Positions 10,379-19,203 of a DNA stretch of 64,000 nt are shown here, one piece after another; position 1 is the first letter of the stretch; the number at the start of each line of letters is the position of its first letter. The notes under the pieces are model-generated. The model was not told the origin of the DNA and made no database searches. It saw nothing but the letters and a program-made list of their open reading frames with translations. This DNA is from a virus (taxonomy: Duplodnaviria > Caudoviricetes), in the IMG/VR virus record IMGVR_UViG_3300033555_000001, positions 160,001 through 224,000 of that record. One strand, 5' to 3'. A program made the translations under genes and the position numbers.

Positions 10379-10854
10379 TTAACGGTAATTCTGGCGCAGG
10401 CTTTTTCACGGATTGATTTATAAGCCGTTTGAATAAAGCCTGGCTTTGCCTCAGCAGCTTTTCTTGACAGCGCTCTTAAACTAGCAGTGCTGATCCAGCT
10501 CAGCGCAGTACTTACTAGAAATGCGGTTACTACAGCCAAAACAGCAAGTACTAATATTGGAATTATCATTGCTATTGGCGCGGAGCTGAAGTTCAACAAT
10601 ACTCCAGTGCCGGCCGATGCGGCAAGGAACGCCAAGGTATGTCCAAGTAACGCCATGAAGATACCGCCAACCATAATTAGCAGTACAACAACGCACGCGC
10701 CACGCAGCACAGCAGTGATGTACTCGCACATATCCCCAGTATACCACTCTGTTTTCTTATCGCTCTCATCGCGGCTGAGGCAATGGTTAAGAGAGCCATA
10801 TCGCGCAGCCAGCCGCCAGTGCAAAGATTTTGTACTAAAGTTAAATGCTTTCAT
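10375..10854 (-). CDS. Hypothetical membrane protein (2 TM)
   Basis: Two long hydrophobic segments. Confidence 0.6.
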   Translation of the reverse strand: MKAFNFSTKSLHWRLAARYGSLNHCLSRDESDKKTEWYTGDMCEYITAVLRGACVVVLLIMVGGIFMALLGHTLAFLAASAGTGVLLNFSSAPIAMIIPILVLAVLAVVTAFLVSTALSWISTASLRALSRKAAEAKPGFIQTAYKSIREKACARITVN

Positions 10855-10866
10855 AGCTTCTCCTGA

Positions 10867-11187
10867 TTACTGGCAACCCGCAAAACCGCAGGCTACATCA
10901 TAGATAAATTCAACCGTTTGAACTGGCTGTACTGCGTTCATGCGCTCAACAAGGACAGCCCCGTCTGTCCACCAATCAGCCCAACCTTGCGGTGAAAGCT
11001 TAATAGGATTTACAGTACTATCTTCAGCTGCCAGTTCCCACAAAAATACCCAGTACTTCAAAGCAACAATAATCTCAGGCGTCAGCACATCTTTAAATTC
11101 TTCCACACCAAGATTTGCACCGCCATCTTCATGAGTTGCCCAAAGACCACTCGCCATGTAATCCGGGAATACTCGTATTTTTTTCAT
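10867..11187 (-). CDS. Hypothetical protein
   Basis: ORF with GGAG Shine-Dalgarno, closely packed in the operon. Confidence 0.6.
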   Translation of the reverse strand: MKKIRVFPDYMASGLWATHEDGGANLGVEEFKDVLTPEIIVALKYWVFLWELAAEDSTVNPIKLSPQGWADWWTDGAVLVERMNAVQPVQTVEFIYDVACGFAGCQ

Positions 11188-11188
11188 T

Positions 11189-11533
11189 TTATTCTCCATA
11201 GAGCTGCTTATTGACTAAGTTGTTATACTCCGCTTGCACCGCCTCTAAATGCTGCTTTGCATCCTTAATTTGCAGGGTCAGCTGTAGGCGGGCTTCAGCC
11301 ATGATACCAGCCAGCTCCTCAGCTGTTTTTTGTCTATAATGTTCTAACCTAAATCCTGGCACCTTAAACACTGTGCGGTTCCAGTCGGATTCTGCAACAT
11401 CTGCGTCAAAGGTGATAGAGGTCTCTGCACCGTATTTCTCAACAAGATCCTGTACATCCTCAAGCAGCTCGGCTAGTGTGCCGTTAAAACTGTGAGGACT
11501 TATTATTCCGACTGTTTTTTTAGTGTTAGTCAT
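11189..11533 (-). CDS. Hypothetical protein, paralog of 11536-11880
   Basis: FNGTLAELLEDVQDLVEKYG and RQKTAEEL, followed by a coiled coil. Confidence 0.6.
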   Translation of the reverse strand: MTNTKKTVGIISPHSFNGTLAELLEDVQDLVEKYGAETSITFDADVAESDWNRTVFKVPGFRLEHYRQKTAEELAGIMAEARLQLTLQIKDAKQHLEAVQAEYNNLVNKQLYGE

Positions 11534-11535
11534 TT

Positions 11536-11880
11536 TTAACTCTCTTTGAACTTAGCCCTGAACTTAGCCTGCAGCCGCGCAAGTTCGGCGAGCTCGTATT
11601 CTTCTTTTCTGGCAGCATCTTCCGCCTGAGTTTTTGTTCGAAGCGTGAACTCTTCATCTGTTTCTGGACGCTGTTTAGTTAACGCAAACCTGGACGATGG
11701 GTGCGAATCATAATCATAATGAAACTCAGGCTGCCAGTCTAGCTCGCACTCACCACCATGCTCTTTTGCCAGTTCTGTCAGAGCGGCTATTATACTGTTT
11801 ATCGTGCCCTCAAACTCATACGGCTGAATAGTGCTGACTTGCTCTGTGATTTTGATTTTAGTAGCTGGTAATTTGCTCAT
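11536..11880 (-). CDS. Hypothetical protein, paralog of 11189-11533
   Basis: FEGTINSIIAALTELAKEHG and RPETDEEF, followed by a coiled coil. Confidence 0.6.
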   Translation of the reverse strand: MSKLPATKIKITEQVSTIQPYEFEGTINSIIAALTELAKEHGGECELDWQPEFHYDYDSHPSSRFALTKQRPETDEEFTLRTKTQAEDAARKEEYELAELARLQAKFRAKFKES

Positions 11881-11963
11881 GATTATCTTTTTGGGTTAGC
11901 GTAAATAATTATATCCTAATCCCGAAATAAAGGTAAACTAAATTGTAACGGTTTCGGTACCAG

Positions 11964-12179
11964 TCAAATACCCGCTCTCAGCATAATTGCCTCTAAGCGC
12001 TTACCCATCTCATCTGTGAATACAGTTGGGCCATTGAACACCTCGCACAGACCATCAATAAACGCGGCATCGTCAACCAAAAGCCGGTCCCTGTGATTCT
12101 CACAAAACTCTATCGCAACCATTACATCAACTATACTAGTCTGCCTATTCTTAATTTTTGGCATTAGCATTGGCTTCAT
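11964..12179 (-). CDS. Hypothetical protein
   Basis: ORF with AGGA Shine-Dalgarno upstream. Confidence 0.5.
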   Translation of the reverse strand: MKPMLMPKIKNRQTSIVDVMVAIEFCENHRDRLLVDDAAFIDGLCEVFNGPTVFTDEMGKRLEAIMLRAGI

Positions 12180-12203
12180 TCAATATTCCTGTATAATTTA
12201 AAG

Positions 12204-12608
12204 TTACCAGTCAATGACCAGCTGATATTCGCCGGCTGGCAAGAGCCCACGATCGTGCAAATCATTTGCCAGTACTTCGTTCGAAGGATAGAAATTCCGC
12301 TCCCAGAACAGGCACAGTCCATGATTGCGATCCCACTCATCTGCGCTGCCTAACTTTTGTTGTGGATCACGCGCGAGCCATGCAGCAAAGCTAACGCCCC
12401 TTTCATCACCATTTACTTTTTCAGGGATAGAATCATTTTGATAGTCAAATGCTTCTATATCTGGAACGGTTATGTTATATATGCCGCGTTCCCTACAGTC
12501 ATTTTGTTGCTGAAAGGAATACATGCGGCCGTATGTTTCTTTGACGAGCGCGTCCCAATCCTGTAAATCAATGCTTTGAACAGTTTTAATTTTTAACATG
12601 ATTTTCAC
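12204..12608 (-). CDS. Hypothetical protein
   Basis: 134 aa ORF in the operon; no motif recognised. Confidence 0.55.
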   Translation of the reverse strand: MKIMLKIKTVQSIDLQDWDALVKETYGRMYSFQQQNDCRERGIYNITVPDIEAFDYQNDSIPEKVNGDERGVSFAAWLARDPQQKLGSADEWDRNHGLCLFWERNFYPSNEVLANDLHDRGLLPAGEYQLVIDW

Positions 12609-12855
12609 ATGTGAACGTTAGTTCAACTGTGCCACCCTCAAAATGGTTGTAGTCCGCGTTTGAACGAACAATCTTAAATGGGCCACGACATTGCTCCATT
12701 GCAGCCTCGTAAGTCATACGTTTTGCGCCTGATCGCCCACCCAATTCCCAAGTGGCTCTTGCAGAGACAACATATTCCCCTCCGCTCATAGCGATAGGTG
12801 TAGAGACTGACGCACAGCCGGTCAGTAGGAGCGATAGAAGGATAATAAGTTTCAT
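12586..12855 (-). CDS. Putative lipoprotein
   Basis: MKLIILLSLLLTGC is a signal peptide with a lipobox. Confidence 0.65.
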   Translation of the reverse strand: MKLIILLSLLLTGCASVSTPIAMSGGEYVVSARATWELGGRSGAKRMTYEAAMEQCRGPFKIVRSNADYNHFEGGTVELTFTCENHVKN

Positions 12856-12934
12856 TTTCTGCCTCAGAATAATTTAAATTTACCGTTTTGTATAATTCAG
12901 CAATACGGTGAGTCATATGTTCTTTAGTTCTGTT

Positions 12935-13366
12935 TTATTTCGCTGTCATTTTCTCATAATAATCGCCCCACCATTTAGCCTCACGTAGGACTCTGCCATT
13001 GACAATATCTACGCATTTTTTATCATTCTCCTGCATAACTACGCTAAGGCCACCTAACATTTTATGGTACGGTATAATTTTATCTATGGCCATTTGGTAT
13101 CGGGCGGCTGTTACTTGTTCGTCTAAACCTAGTGCAATTGCTTGTTCTAAAAGAATATCACCAATCAAATGCGATTTTTTAGAAACTGCAGGATTATCAG
13201 TCGTCATTCTAAGACTTATAAACTCATAATATACTGAGCAATTTATTAGTTCATGGTGCGTATTAGCGCGCCATTTTTGAAAGCGCAAGTGGTCTTTTTC
13301 AGATATTTCGCTATGCGCGTGCATACTACACGATGCAGCTAAAATAAGTGCAATAAGTTTTTTCAT
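12935..13366 (-). CDS. Putative exported protein
   Basis: MKKLIALILAASCSMHAHS resembles a Sec signal peptide. Confidence 0.55.
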   Translation of the reverse strand: MKKLIALILAASCSMHAHSEISEKDHLRFQKWRANTHHELINCSVYYEFISLRMTTDNPAVSKKSHLIGDILLEQAIALGLDEQVTAARYQMAIDKIIPYHKMLGGLSVVMQENDKKCVDIVNGRVLREAKWWGDYYEKMTAK

Positions 13367-13471
13367 GTTATATCCCATGTTAATTCAAACAGTTAAAAGT
13401 TATTCTGGATTCTCAGCTGCATTTTCGGCCCTTTGAAAGATTATCAGACGCTGACAGCATTTTAACATATT

Positions 13472-15136
13472 TTAAAGCTCTAATTTAAATTTTAAATTAC
13501 CACTGTCTTCACAGCGTAACCAACCATCAGCTCTCATATTCTCTAATTCTGTTTTACTGGCATCAAAATTCTTTACTATTCCAGGCAGCGCGGATTTCAT
13601 AGCTTGATATCGCAACAATCTAACTGGCCCTTTAACGTAAAAATAGTTAGGCCGTGTTGTCTTAATCAGTTTAAACCCTGCTCTGAGGTACGCATCACCC
13701 ACTGAAATTCTGCGATCTGCATAGGTGATTAAAGTCCGGTACGACTTTTTTCTGAGCTCTGCTAGAATTCGCTGAAATCCTCCGGTGACCGAAACTCCTG
13801 CACTGGCAAATCTAATTAGCTCTAATTCTTCTTTACCAAACCTAGCATGTCCAAAGCTAGCCGCTTGAACAAGTTTGTCATTATCAAACAGCCCAATAGT
13901 AAAACTTGCCTGCGCACTTCCTTGCAAGTGCCACTGCTTAAAAAATTCAGGACAGCCGCCCTTAAGCACTTTTACTTTTAGTTTTCTAGCCATTAGTCTA
14001 GGCAGCAATCCTAACTTAGCAAGTATAATGTTGTGCACCACAAGAGGCTTTTCATCTATTTCAAAATCCCAGAAGTGCAGTAACTGAATACCCGCAGCTT
14101 CAGCTAATTCAGTTTTCTTAATTAACGGTTGGGATACAGATTGGTCGTGATGCCAGTACACTCCATTTACTTCTATTGCTAATTGCTTAGCCGGAATATA
14201 AATGTCTAGTTCTAACGGTGAAATAACATTTCTGTCTTCTACCAAATACGAGAGATCTGTGTTAGATACCATTGCTTCAACGACTGTCTGAACTCCGCTC
14301 TTTCTTCTACAATACGGACAGAGAATACCTCTGTGTAGTCTGCCAGCTGCTTCAAATTGTTTGCCGCACTCTAGATGCTGCCACATGTATTTGGTTTCGT
14401 AACCGGACCAATCAGCTTTTGTGAACACTGGTATAACACTGCAGTCAGTTTTAATCTTCTGCATCTGCTCGTCAAAAGACCCGTCTAGAAAGCGCAATTT
14501 TGCTCGGTTGCTTAATTGTTTTTTCACTTCAGCAGTTTTAGTATAGTGAACCTCACCGTACTTAAGTAAAGTAGTTGATTCTGTTTTTATTCTAGTTTCT
14601 TGTTTTTCTGTTACCGATCGCCGTGCATGAGTAGCTGAAATTTGTTTCTTAATAACATCCGAATTGGCTGGATTTTCAGTACCGTATCTGAGCATATTTG
14701 TCGTAGCAGCTTTTTCTCGAACTTTAGGTGCGGACCATGATGCTTCATATCCGTACACTGCTAAACTTGTTTCTCTAATTTTAGCCCTGACAAGTTCAGA
14801 ACCCGCAGCATGTTCGGTTCCATACTTACTAAGATTGGTTTCTGATCGTTTTGATTTTGTGCTCTTTGAGACTGCGGCGCACTTAGGACTGCAGAATTTT
14901 TGAAGTTTGCCGTTAGCGTTTAAATTTAACGACTGACCACAGGAACAGTTTGGCCTGATTGAAATATCATTCTTCAATGCGTACATTTTTTCGGCAAGAG
15001 TAATCCACCCACCCAGATCCGCAGACATTAAATCAGCTTTAAAGATTTTTCCATTTGCGGAATTTAGCAGGCCAGTCATGAACTTACCGTCACGGTAAGC
15101 AAGATCCTGAAAGCGAGCTAGGAATAATTCAAACAT
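13472..15136 (-). CDS. Hef-like homing endonuclease (Zn ribbon, repeats, PD-(D/E)XK core, GNAT-like C-domain)
   Basis: ELDIYIPAKQLAIEVNGVYWH core; KYG-type repeats; ELIRFAS and ITYADRR in the C-domain. Free-standing gene downstream of the major capsid gene. Confidence 0.75.
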   Translation of the reverse strand: MFELFLARFQDLAYRDGKFMTGLLNSANGKIFKADLMSADLGGWITLAEKMYALKNDISIRPNCSCGQSLNLNANGKLQKFCSPKCAAVSKSTKSKRSETNLSKYGTEHAAGSELVRAKIRETSLAVYGYEASWSAPKVREKAATTNMLRYGTENPANSDVIKKQISATHARRSVTEKQETRIKTESTTLLKYGEVHYTKTAEVKKQLSNRAKLRFLDGSFDEQMQKIKTDCSVIPVFTKADWSGYETKYMWQHLECGKQFEAAGRLHRGILCPYCRRKSGVQTVVEAMVSNTDLSYLVEDRNVISPLELDIYIPAKQLAIEVNGVYWHHDQSVSQPLIKKTELAEAAGIQLLHFWDFEIDEKPLVVHNIILAKLGLLPRLMARKLKVKVLKGGCPEFFKQWHLQGSAQASFTIGLFDNDKLVQAASFGHARFGKEELELIRFASAGVSVTGGFQRILAELRKKSYRTLITYADRRISVGDAYLRAGFKLIKTTRPNYFYVKGPVRLLRYQAMKSALPGIVKNFDASKTELENMRADGWLRCEDSGNLKFKLEL

Positions 15137-15244
15137 CCTTTTATTATAACATCAACATTTATTTCGGGTTGAGTTATATTATCAACTAAAATTTAAAGTT
15201 ATGGAAAGGGAACGTTTAATCAGTGCTATTATTTTCTGGGTGCA

Positions 15245-15270
15245 AAAAAGGAGACCTAGGTCTCCTTTTT
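15245..15270. terminator. Intrinsic terminator after the major capsid gene (bidirectional)
   Basis: Perfect 26-nt palindrome AAAAAGGAGACCTAGGTCTCCTTTTT. Confidence 0.85.
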
Positions 15271-15315
15271 AAGATTAAGTTGTTGCGGAACAACAACTTA
15301 GAAAGTTACATCTGA

Positions 15316-16587
15316 TTACGAGAACGAAACGTTTGTGATCCTGATCCGTGCGTAGTAATCCGCGCTGTTACCAAGCGATGTACCAGCGTTGGTGAACGTA
15401 GCTTTTCCGTACCGGGTCATGAGGCTCACTGCTGGCATGAACGTGTTAGCGTCCATAACAACACCGGTGCTCATCAGTGGAACGTATGGGCAGTAAAAGT
15501 AACCTGTATCCAACTCTGACGAACCGCCTTTGTAGCCGATCAAGATGTCTTCGCCAGTTGTACCAGTAGCCGAACCAGCGCCGCCAGTCAATGTCCAAGC
15601 ATCATTCAGACCCCAGTTGTACGAGTAAACGCGCATCTGGCCATTCAACATACCAACAAGCTTGTTACCGGTAGGATCTTGGAACTGGCCAGAGACCGCT
15701 GGTGCAAACACGGACTTTGAAGCAGATTGCAAGATCGAAGTAACCAAGTGCGAACCAACCAACCAGTTACCAGGTCCACGACGCGTTTTAGCGCCGATTT
15801 CGTTTGCAAGCTTGTTAACCAAAATACCAAGTTCAGCGTAACGATCACCAATGAAGTTCGGCGAGAAACCAGCTGGTGGAGTTGCGAAGTCGAATGTTCC
15901 AACAGTTGCGGCCAGGGCCAACAGGTCTGTCAAGATTTCATTGTCGATTTCGTGAGCGATCTGAGCTGACAAGGCTGCTGTCAATTCATTTTCCAGATCA
16001 AGACCGTGCTGCGAAGTCATGTCCTGAGCTGCTTCCATTGTCCAACGAGCCTGCAACTTACGGGAACCTGCAGTGATTGTTTGCTTCAAGACGCTCAAAC
16101 GCAACGCACGACCGCCGTAGCCTTCGTAATCGCTTGTATTCGCGCCAACACCAGTACTTGTGTTAGCTGTCAGTGCTGGCGGATAACCTGCCGTACCAAC
16201 GTTTGCTGTCGAATAGAAACGCTTCATCTTCGAGTTGTTTGCAAAAACTTCATCACCAGCAGCGATGTCGTTTGAAGGATCGCCGTTTGTGTCGACGGAC
16301 TCAGCAAACGCAAAGCGCAAGCTGTATACCAAGCCAACTGGACCGCTCATTGGCTGTACGCCAACTAGATCGGTTGCAATAGTACCTGGCAAAATACGAC
16401 GAATCATCGGGATAACGATTTTTTGGAAGCCGTCAACAGCGTTAGCCGTTGTTGCAGTTGCGCTTGCGGTTTCCATCATGTACTGCTTCTGATTCTCCAG
16501 AAGAGTAGACACGATTTGTTTCTTCGAACCAGTAAGGCCTTCTAGCAAGGCGGCTTTAGTTTCGATCCAGTTTTCCGTTAGTAACAT
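15316..16587 (-). CDS. Major capsid protein (T4 gp23-like)
   Basis: VGVQPMSGPVGLVYSLR, SRKLQARWTMEAAQD and GYFYCPYVPL motifs. Confidence 0.97.
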   Translation of the reverse strand: MLLTENWIETKAALLEGLTGSKKQIVSTLLENQKQYMMETASATATTANAVDGFQKIVIPMIRRILPGTIATDLVGVQPMSGPVGLVYSLRFAFAESVDTNGDPSNDIAAGDEVFANNSKMKRFYSTANVGTAGYPPALTANTSTGVGANTSDYEGYGGRALRLSVLKQTITAGSRKLQARWTMEAAQDMTSQHGLDLENELTAALSAQIAHEIDNEILTDLLALAATVGTFDFATPPAGFSPNFIGDRYAELGILVNKLANEIGAKTRRGPGNWLVGSHLVTSILQSASKSVFAPAVSGQFQDPTGNKLVGMLNGQMRVYSYNWGLNDAWTLTGGAGSATGTTGEDILIGYKGGSSELDTGYFYCPYVPLMSTGVVMDANTFMPAVSLMTRYGKATFTNAGTSLGNSADYYARIRITNVSFS

Positions 16588-16619
16588 GTGTTGTGCTCCT
16601 TATATAGTGTGGGACAGGA

Positions 16620-17507
16620 TTACTTGCTGATACCTGCGAGGCGCTGCAGATTGGCGATGCTTTCATTAAGCTTCGTTGCTACTGCCGCTGGTTCCAACGG
16701 TGCGTCACCTGTCACGACCGTGGTTTTCTTTTCAACTGTAGACTCACTAAGAGTAGTAGTTGCCGGAGCAGCTACGTCTTCTTTCATGATACGACCGATG
16801 AAGAATTTATATGACTCTTCAAGACGAGCAGTATCGATGTTTTTAAGAACCATCTCCATTTGCTCACGTTTCTTTCCTGATAGATTAGAAAGAATTTTCT
16901 CAAGCTTTACTTCACGTACCATCACGCGATTAGCTTCTTCCGAGTCAGTTAATGCTTGTGCTAGATCTGCAAGTTGTGATTCAGCCACCTGGAGCTTGGA
17001 GCTCACGGAGTCTTCATTAACATGCGCTTTAGCAAATGTGGTTGCGTACGCTTCAAAAATCTGGCGACCAAATTCGTTTTGTTTTACAAGTGCGATATCT
17101 TCCGACAGTTCATCGATTTCGGCGGAGAGGCGAACTTCAAAAAACGCGTCCATTTTGTCGATTAGCTGTTCCATTTCCGATTCAACTTCATCGGCTAATT
17201 TGTACTTTTCTTCAACTAACTTTTCAGCGTACTCAGCTTCAAGGTCGCGGAAACGTTCAATATCAGATTTAAGTTCAGTAACTTCTTTAAGCAAAGCATC
17301 TGCTACAAAGCCATCAACCTTAGTAACCAGTTCATCGCGCTCAGCAAGCCACTGTTCTGCGAGTTCCGAACGAACCGTCAGTGAAACTTCTTCGCGGACT
17401 TGCGTCTTGAAGGATTCAACTGAAGTTGTCCATTGCTCGGAGATTTCAGCTTTAGTTTCTTCGCTAAGCAGCTCAGACTGAAGCAATTTCTGCAGGATTT
17501 CGTCCAT
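16620..17507 (-). CDS. Prohead core scaffolding protein (gp22-like)
   Basis: Acidic coiled coil directly upstream of the major capsid gene; ends NLQRLAGISK. Confidence 0.9.
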   Translation of the reverse strand: MDEILQKLLQSELLSEETKAEISEQWTTSVESFKTQVREEVSLTVRSELAEQWLAERDELVTKVDGFVADALLKEVTELKSDIERFRDLEAEYAEKLVEEKYKLADEVESEMEQLIDKMDAFFEVRLSAEIDELSEDIALVKQNEFGRQIFEAYATTFAKAHVNEDSVSSKLQVAESQLADLAQALTDSEEANRVMVREVKLEKILSNLSGKKREQMEMVLKNIDTARLEESYKFFIGRIMKEDVAAPATTTLSESTVEKKTTVVTGDAPLEPAAVATKLNESIANLQRLAGISK

Positions 17508-17602
17508 GCTTTCTCCTAATTAAATTTACCAAATTTTATAACCTGGCAAGTGTTGTGTTCTGCACTGACTGAAACAACAATCGTTTCTTTATCATGTTGT
17601 GG

Positions 17603-17608
17603 TATTTA
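17603..17608 (-). promoter_or_regulatory. gp55-type late promoter (TAAATA) for scaffold/capsid genes
   Basis: GCTAAATACC on the minus strand. TAAATA recurs upstream of late genes (e.g. 19120, 23810, 23823, 36856, 44560, 48034, 49830). Confidence 0.65.
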
Positions 17609-17662
17609 GCGCGCAGTCGAAAAAACGCATCAAAAACACAGTGCTTTTGATGCGCAGGGAGT

Positions 17663-17830
17663 TTACTCGTCAGATTGTTCTACAGATGCTTCTTCTTTTG
17701 CGGCCGAGAAGCCCGCGAGTTCTTGTGTTTTTGCTACAATGTAGTTGTGGATAGTTACTTCAGCCTGCTCAGGCCGATCATTAATCAAATCCTGCAACAT
17801 TGATTTTAGTTGCTCGCGTGCTTCGCTCAT
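17663..17830 (-). CDS. Small prohead core protein (gp67/gp68-like), 55 aa
   Basis: Below the ORF-track cutoff. MSEAREQLKSMLQDLINDRPEQAEVTIHNYIVAKTQELAGF...; AAGGA Shine-Dalgarno; lies between protease and scaffold genes. Confidence 0.65.
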   Translation of the reverse strand: MSEAREQLKSMLQDLINDRPEQAEVTIHNYIVAKTQELAGFSAAKEEASVEQSDE

Positions 17831-17887
17831 TGTGAGATCCTTTATATTAGTTAGCGCATGGTATTTAGTTCTACCGGTTGTGTGGAA

Positions 17888-18430
17888 TTACCACTCACTC
17901 TCTTCGGACCTGTCGATCACCGGTTTGACGAGCCTGACTGCCTTTCTAATAGATGCTCCATCAGGGAAAACAAAGTAAAAGATCCCAAAGTTCTCATGAC
18001 GCTTGTACTCGATGCCAGCGTCTTTAAGTTCAGCCTCTGCTTTTTGAGCATTCAGCCGATCTTCGAAACCAAACTCTGGGCGCTCTGTACTGACGCCACC
18101 CATCTTCACGCCGAGGTGTTTACCTTCAGCAACTTTAGACCGTAGAAATTTTTCAAGGGATGCACCGCCTTCGGCGCGAGCCGCTGCGGTGATGGCTACT
18201 TTATCAGTATCCCACTGCTTTTGCGATTCATCGTCTGCAATCGACGCGGCAACTTTACCAGATTTATTGAACAGCACGTTTATACCGTAGTAGTCCTCTT
18301 GATCGGCTTTGGCCGAGTTATTCTTAACAAGCACCGCAAACGTGGCCCCAATTGCGCCCATGTCGCCCGTACCGCAGTATTTATTTTTCTTGATCGCCTC
18401 GGTAAGTGCGATTAATTCCCTCAATATCAT
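17888..18430 (-). CDS. Hypothetical putative head-internal protein
   Basis: Leader MILRELIALTE; inserted in the head operon. Confidence 0.55.
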   Translation of the reverse strand: MILRELIALTEAIKKNKYCGTGDMGAIGATFAVLVKNNSAKADQEDYYGINVLFNKSGKVAASIADDESQKQWDTDKVAITAAARAEGGASLEKFLRSKVAEGKHLGVKMGGVSTERPEFGFEDRLNAQKAEAELKDAGIEYKRHENFGIFYFVFPDGASIRKAVRLVKPVIDRSEESEW

Positions 18431-19041
18431 TTTCCACCTTTGCGGATGGCCTCTAACAGGGCGTTAATTTCTTTCTTAAAGTACTCTTGAGCCTTTGGAT
18501 CATGCACAACGGCTTCGGCTAAAGTGAGAACTTTCTTTGAACCAAGAGCTTCTGCAACGTAGTTTGGATAGGCGTCTGGCGCGCTTGGTGTGGAAACAAT
18601 GTCCATTGTCACAAATGCAAAGTCTGAAACATTACCACCTTCATTTACCGTACCTGTACCACGGGAGCTCACACCTAGTCTGACTCCACCCTCCATGATG
18701 GCCTTAGCAATATTACCGCATGGCGTATTCAACATCTTCATTTTGCCAACTGCGTTGTTGCCGTCCATACGGATTTCAGTAATGGCGTGCGATACATTTG
18801 CCAGGTTAATGCTTAGAACATCGGGATGGTTTAATTCTCCCAAAATAAAATTGCCCTGTTTAATTTTACTCTGGCATTCGTCAACTGCGCGAGTAATTTG
18901 ATCAACCCCATAAGTTCTTCCGTTACCGTTTTTCATCGCGGCCTGCATCATGATTCCGGACAAAAACATATCGCCACCCACGCGTTTCATTTCTGTCAAA
19001 TTAGTAACATTCGGTGCAAGATATTCTGTCAACAAGATCAT
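18427..19041 (-). CDS. Prohead core protease (gp21-like)
   Basis: GELNHP, GVSSRGTG and DIVSTPSAP motifs. Confidence 0.95.
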   Translation of the reverse strand: MILLTEYLAPNVTNLTEMKRVGGDMFLSGIMMQAAMKNGNGRTYGVDQITRAVDECQSKIKQGNFILGELNHPDVLSINLANVSHAITEIRMDGNNAVGKMKMLNTPCGNIAKAIMEGGVRLGVSSRGTGTVNEGGNVSDFAFVTMDIVSTPSAPDAYPNYVAEALGSKKVLTLAEAVVHDPKAQEYFKKEINALLEAIRKGGK

Positions 19042-19161
19042 TTTGTAACTCCCAGTTTTAACTTAGCTTCCAGACCTGCAATAATCTTTATTACGGTCAC
19101 GGCTTTAACTTTATTCTTGTATTTAGCGTACAGCTCTTTTTTAGGGCGCCGGCCAAATAAT

Positions 19162-19179
19162 ACCTGCCCGTAGGCAGGT
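19162..19179 (-). terminator. Terminator hairpin after the portal gene
   Basis: ACCTGCC-TACG-GGCAGGT followed by a T-rich tract on the minus strand. Confidence 0.6.
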
Positions 19180-19203
19180 GTTCTACGTACTATAAGAAAT
19201 AAA

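Noticed and set aside
11921-15169. CCCGAAATAAA near two promoters (11921 and about 15160)
   Set aside because: The orientation is opposite relative to the downstream genes and there are only two copies, so chance is likely.
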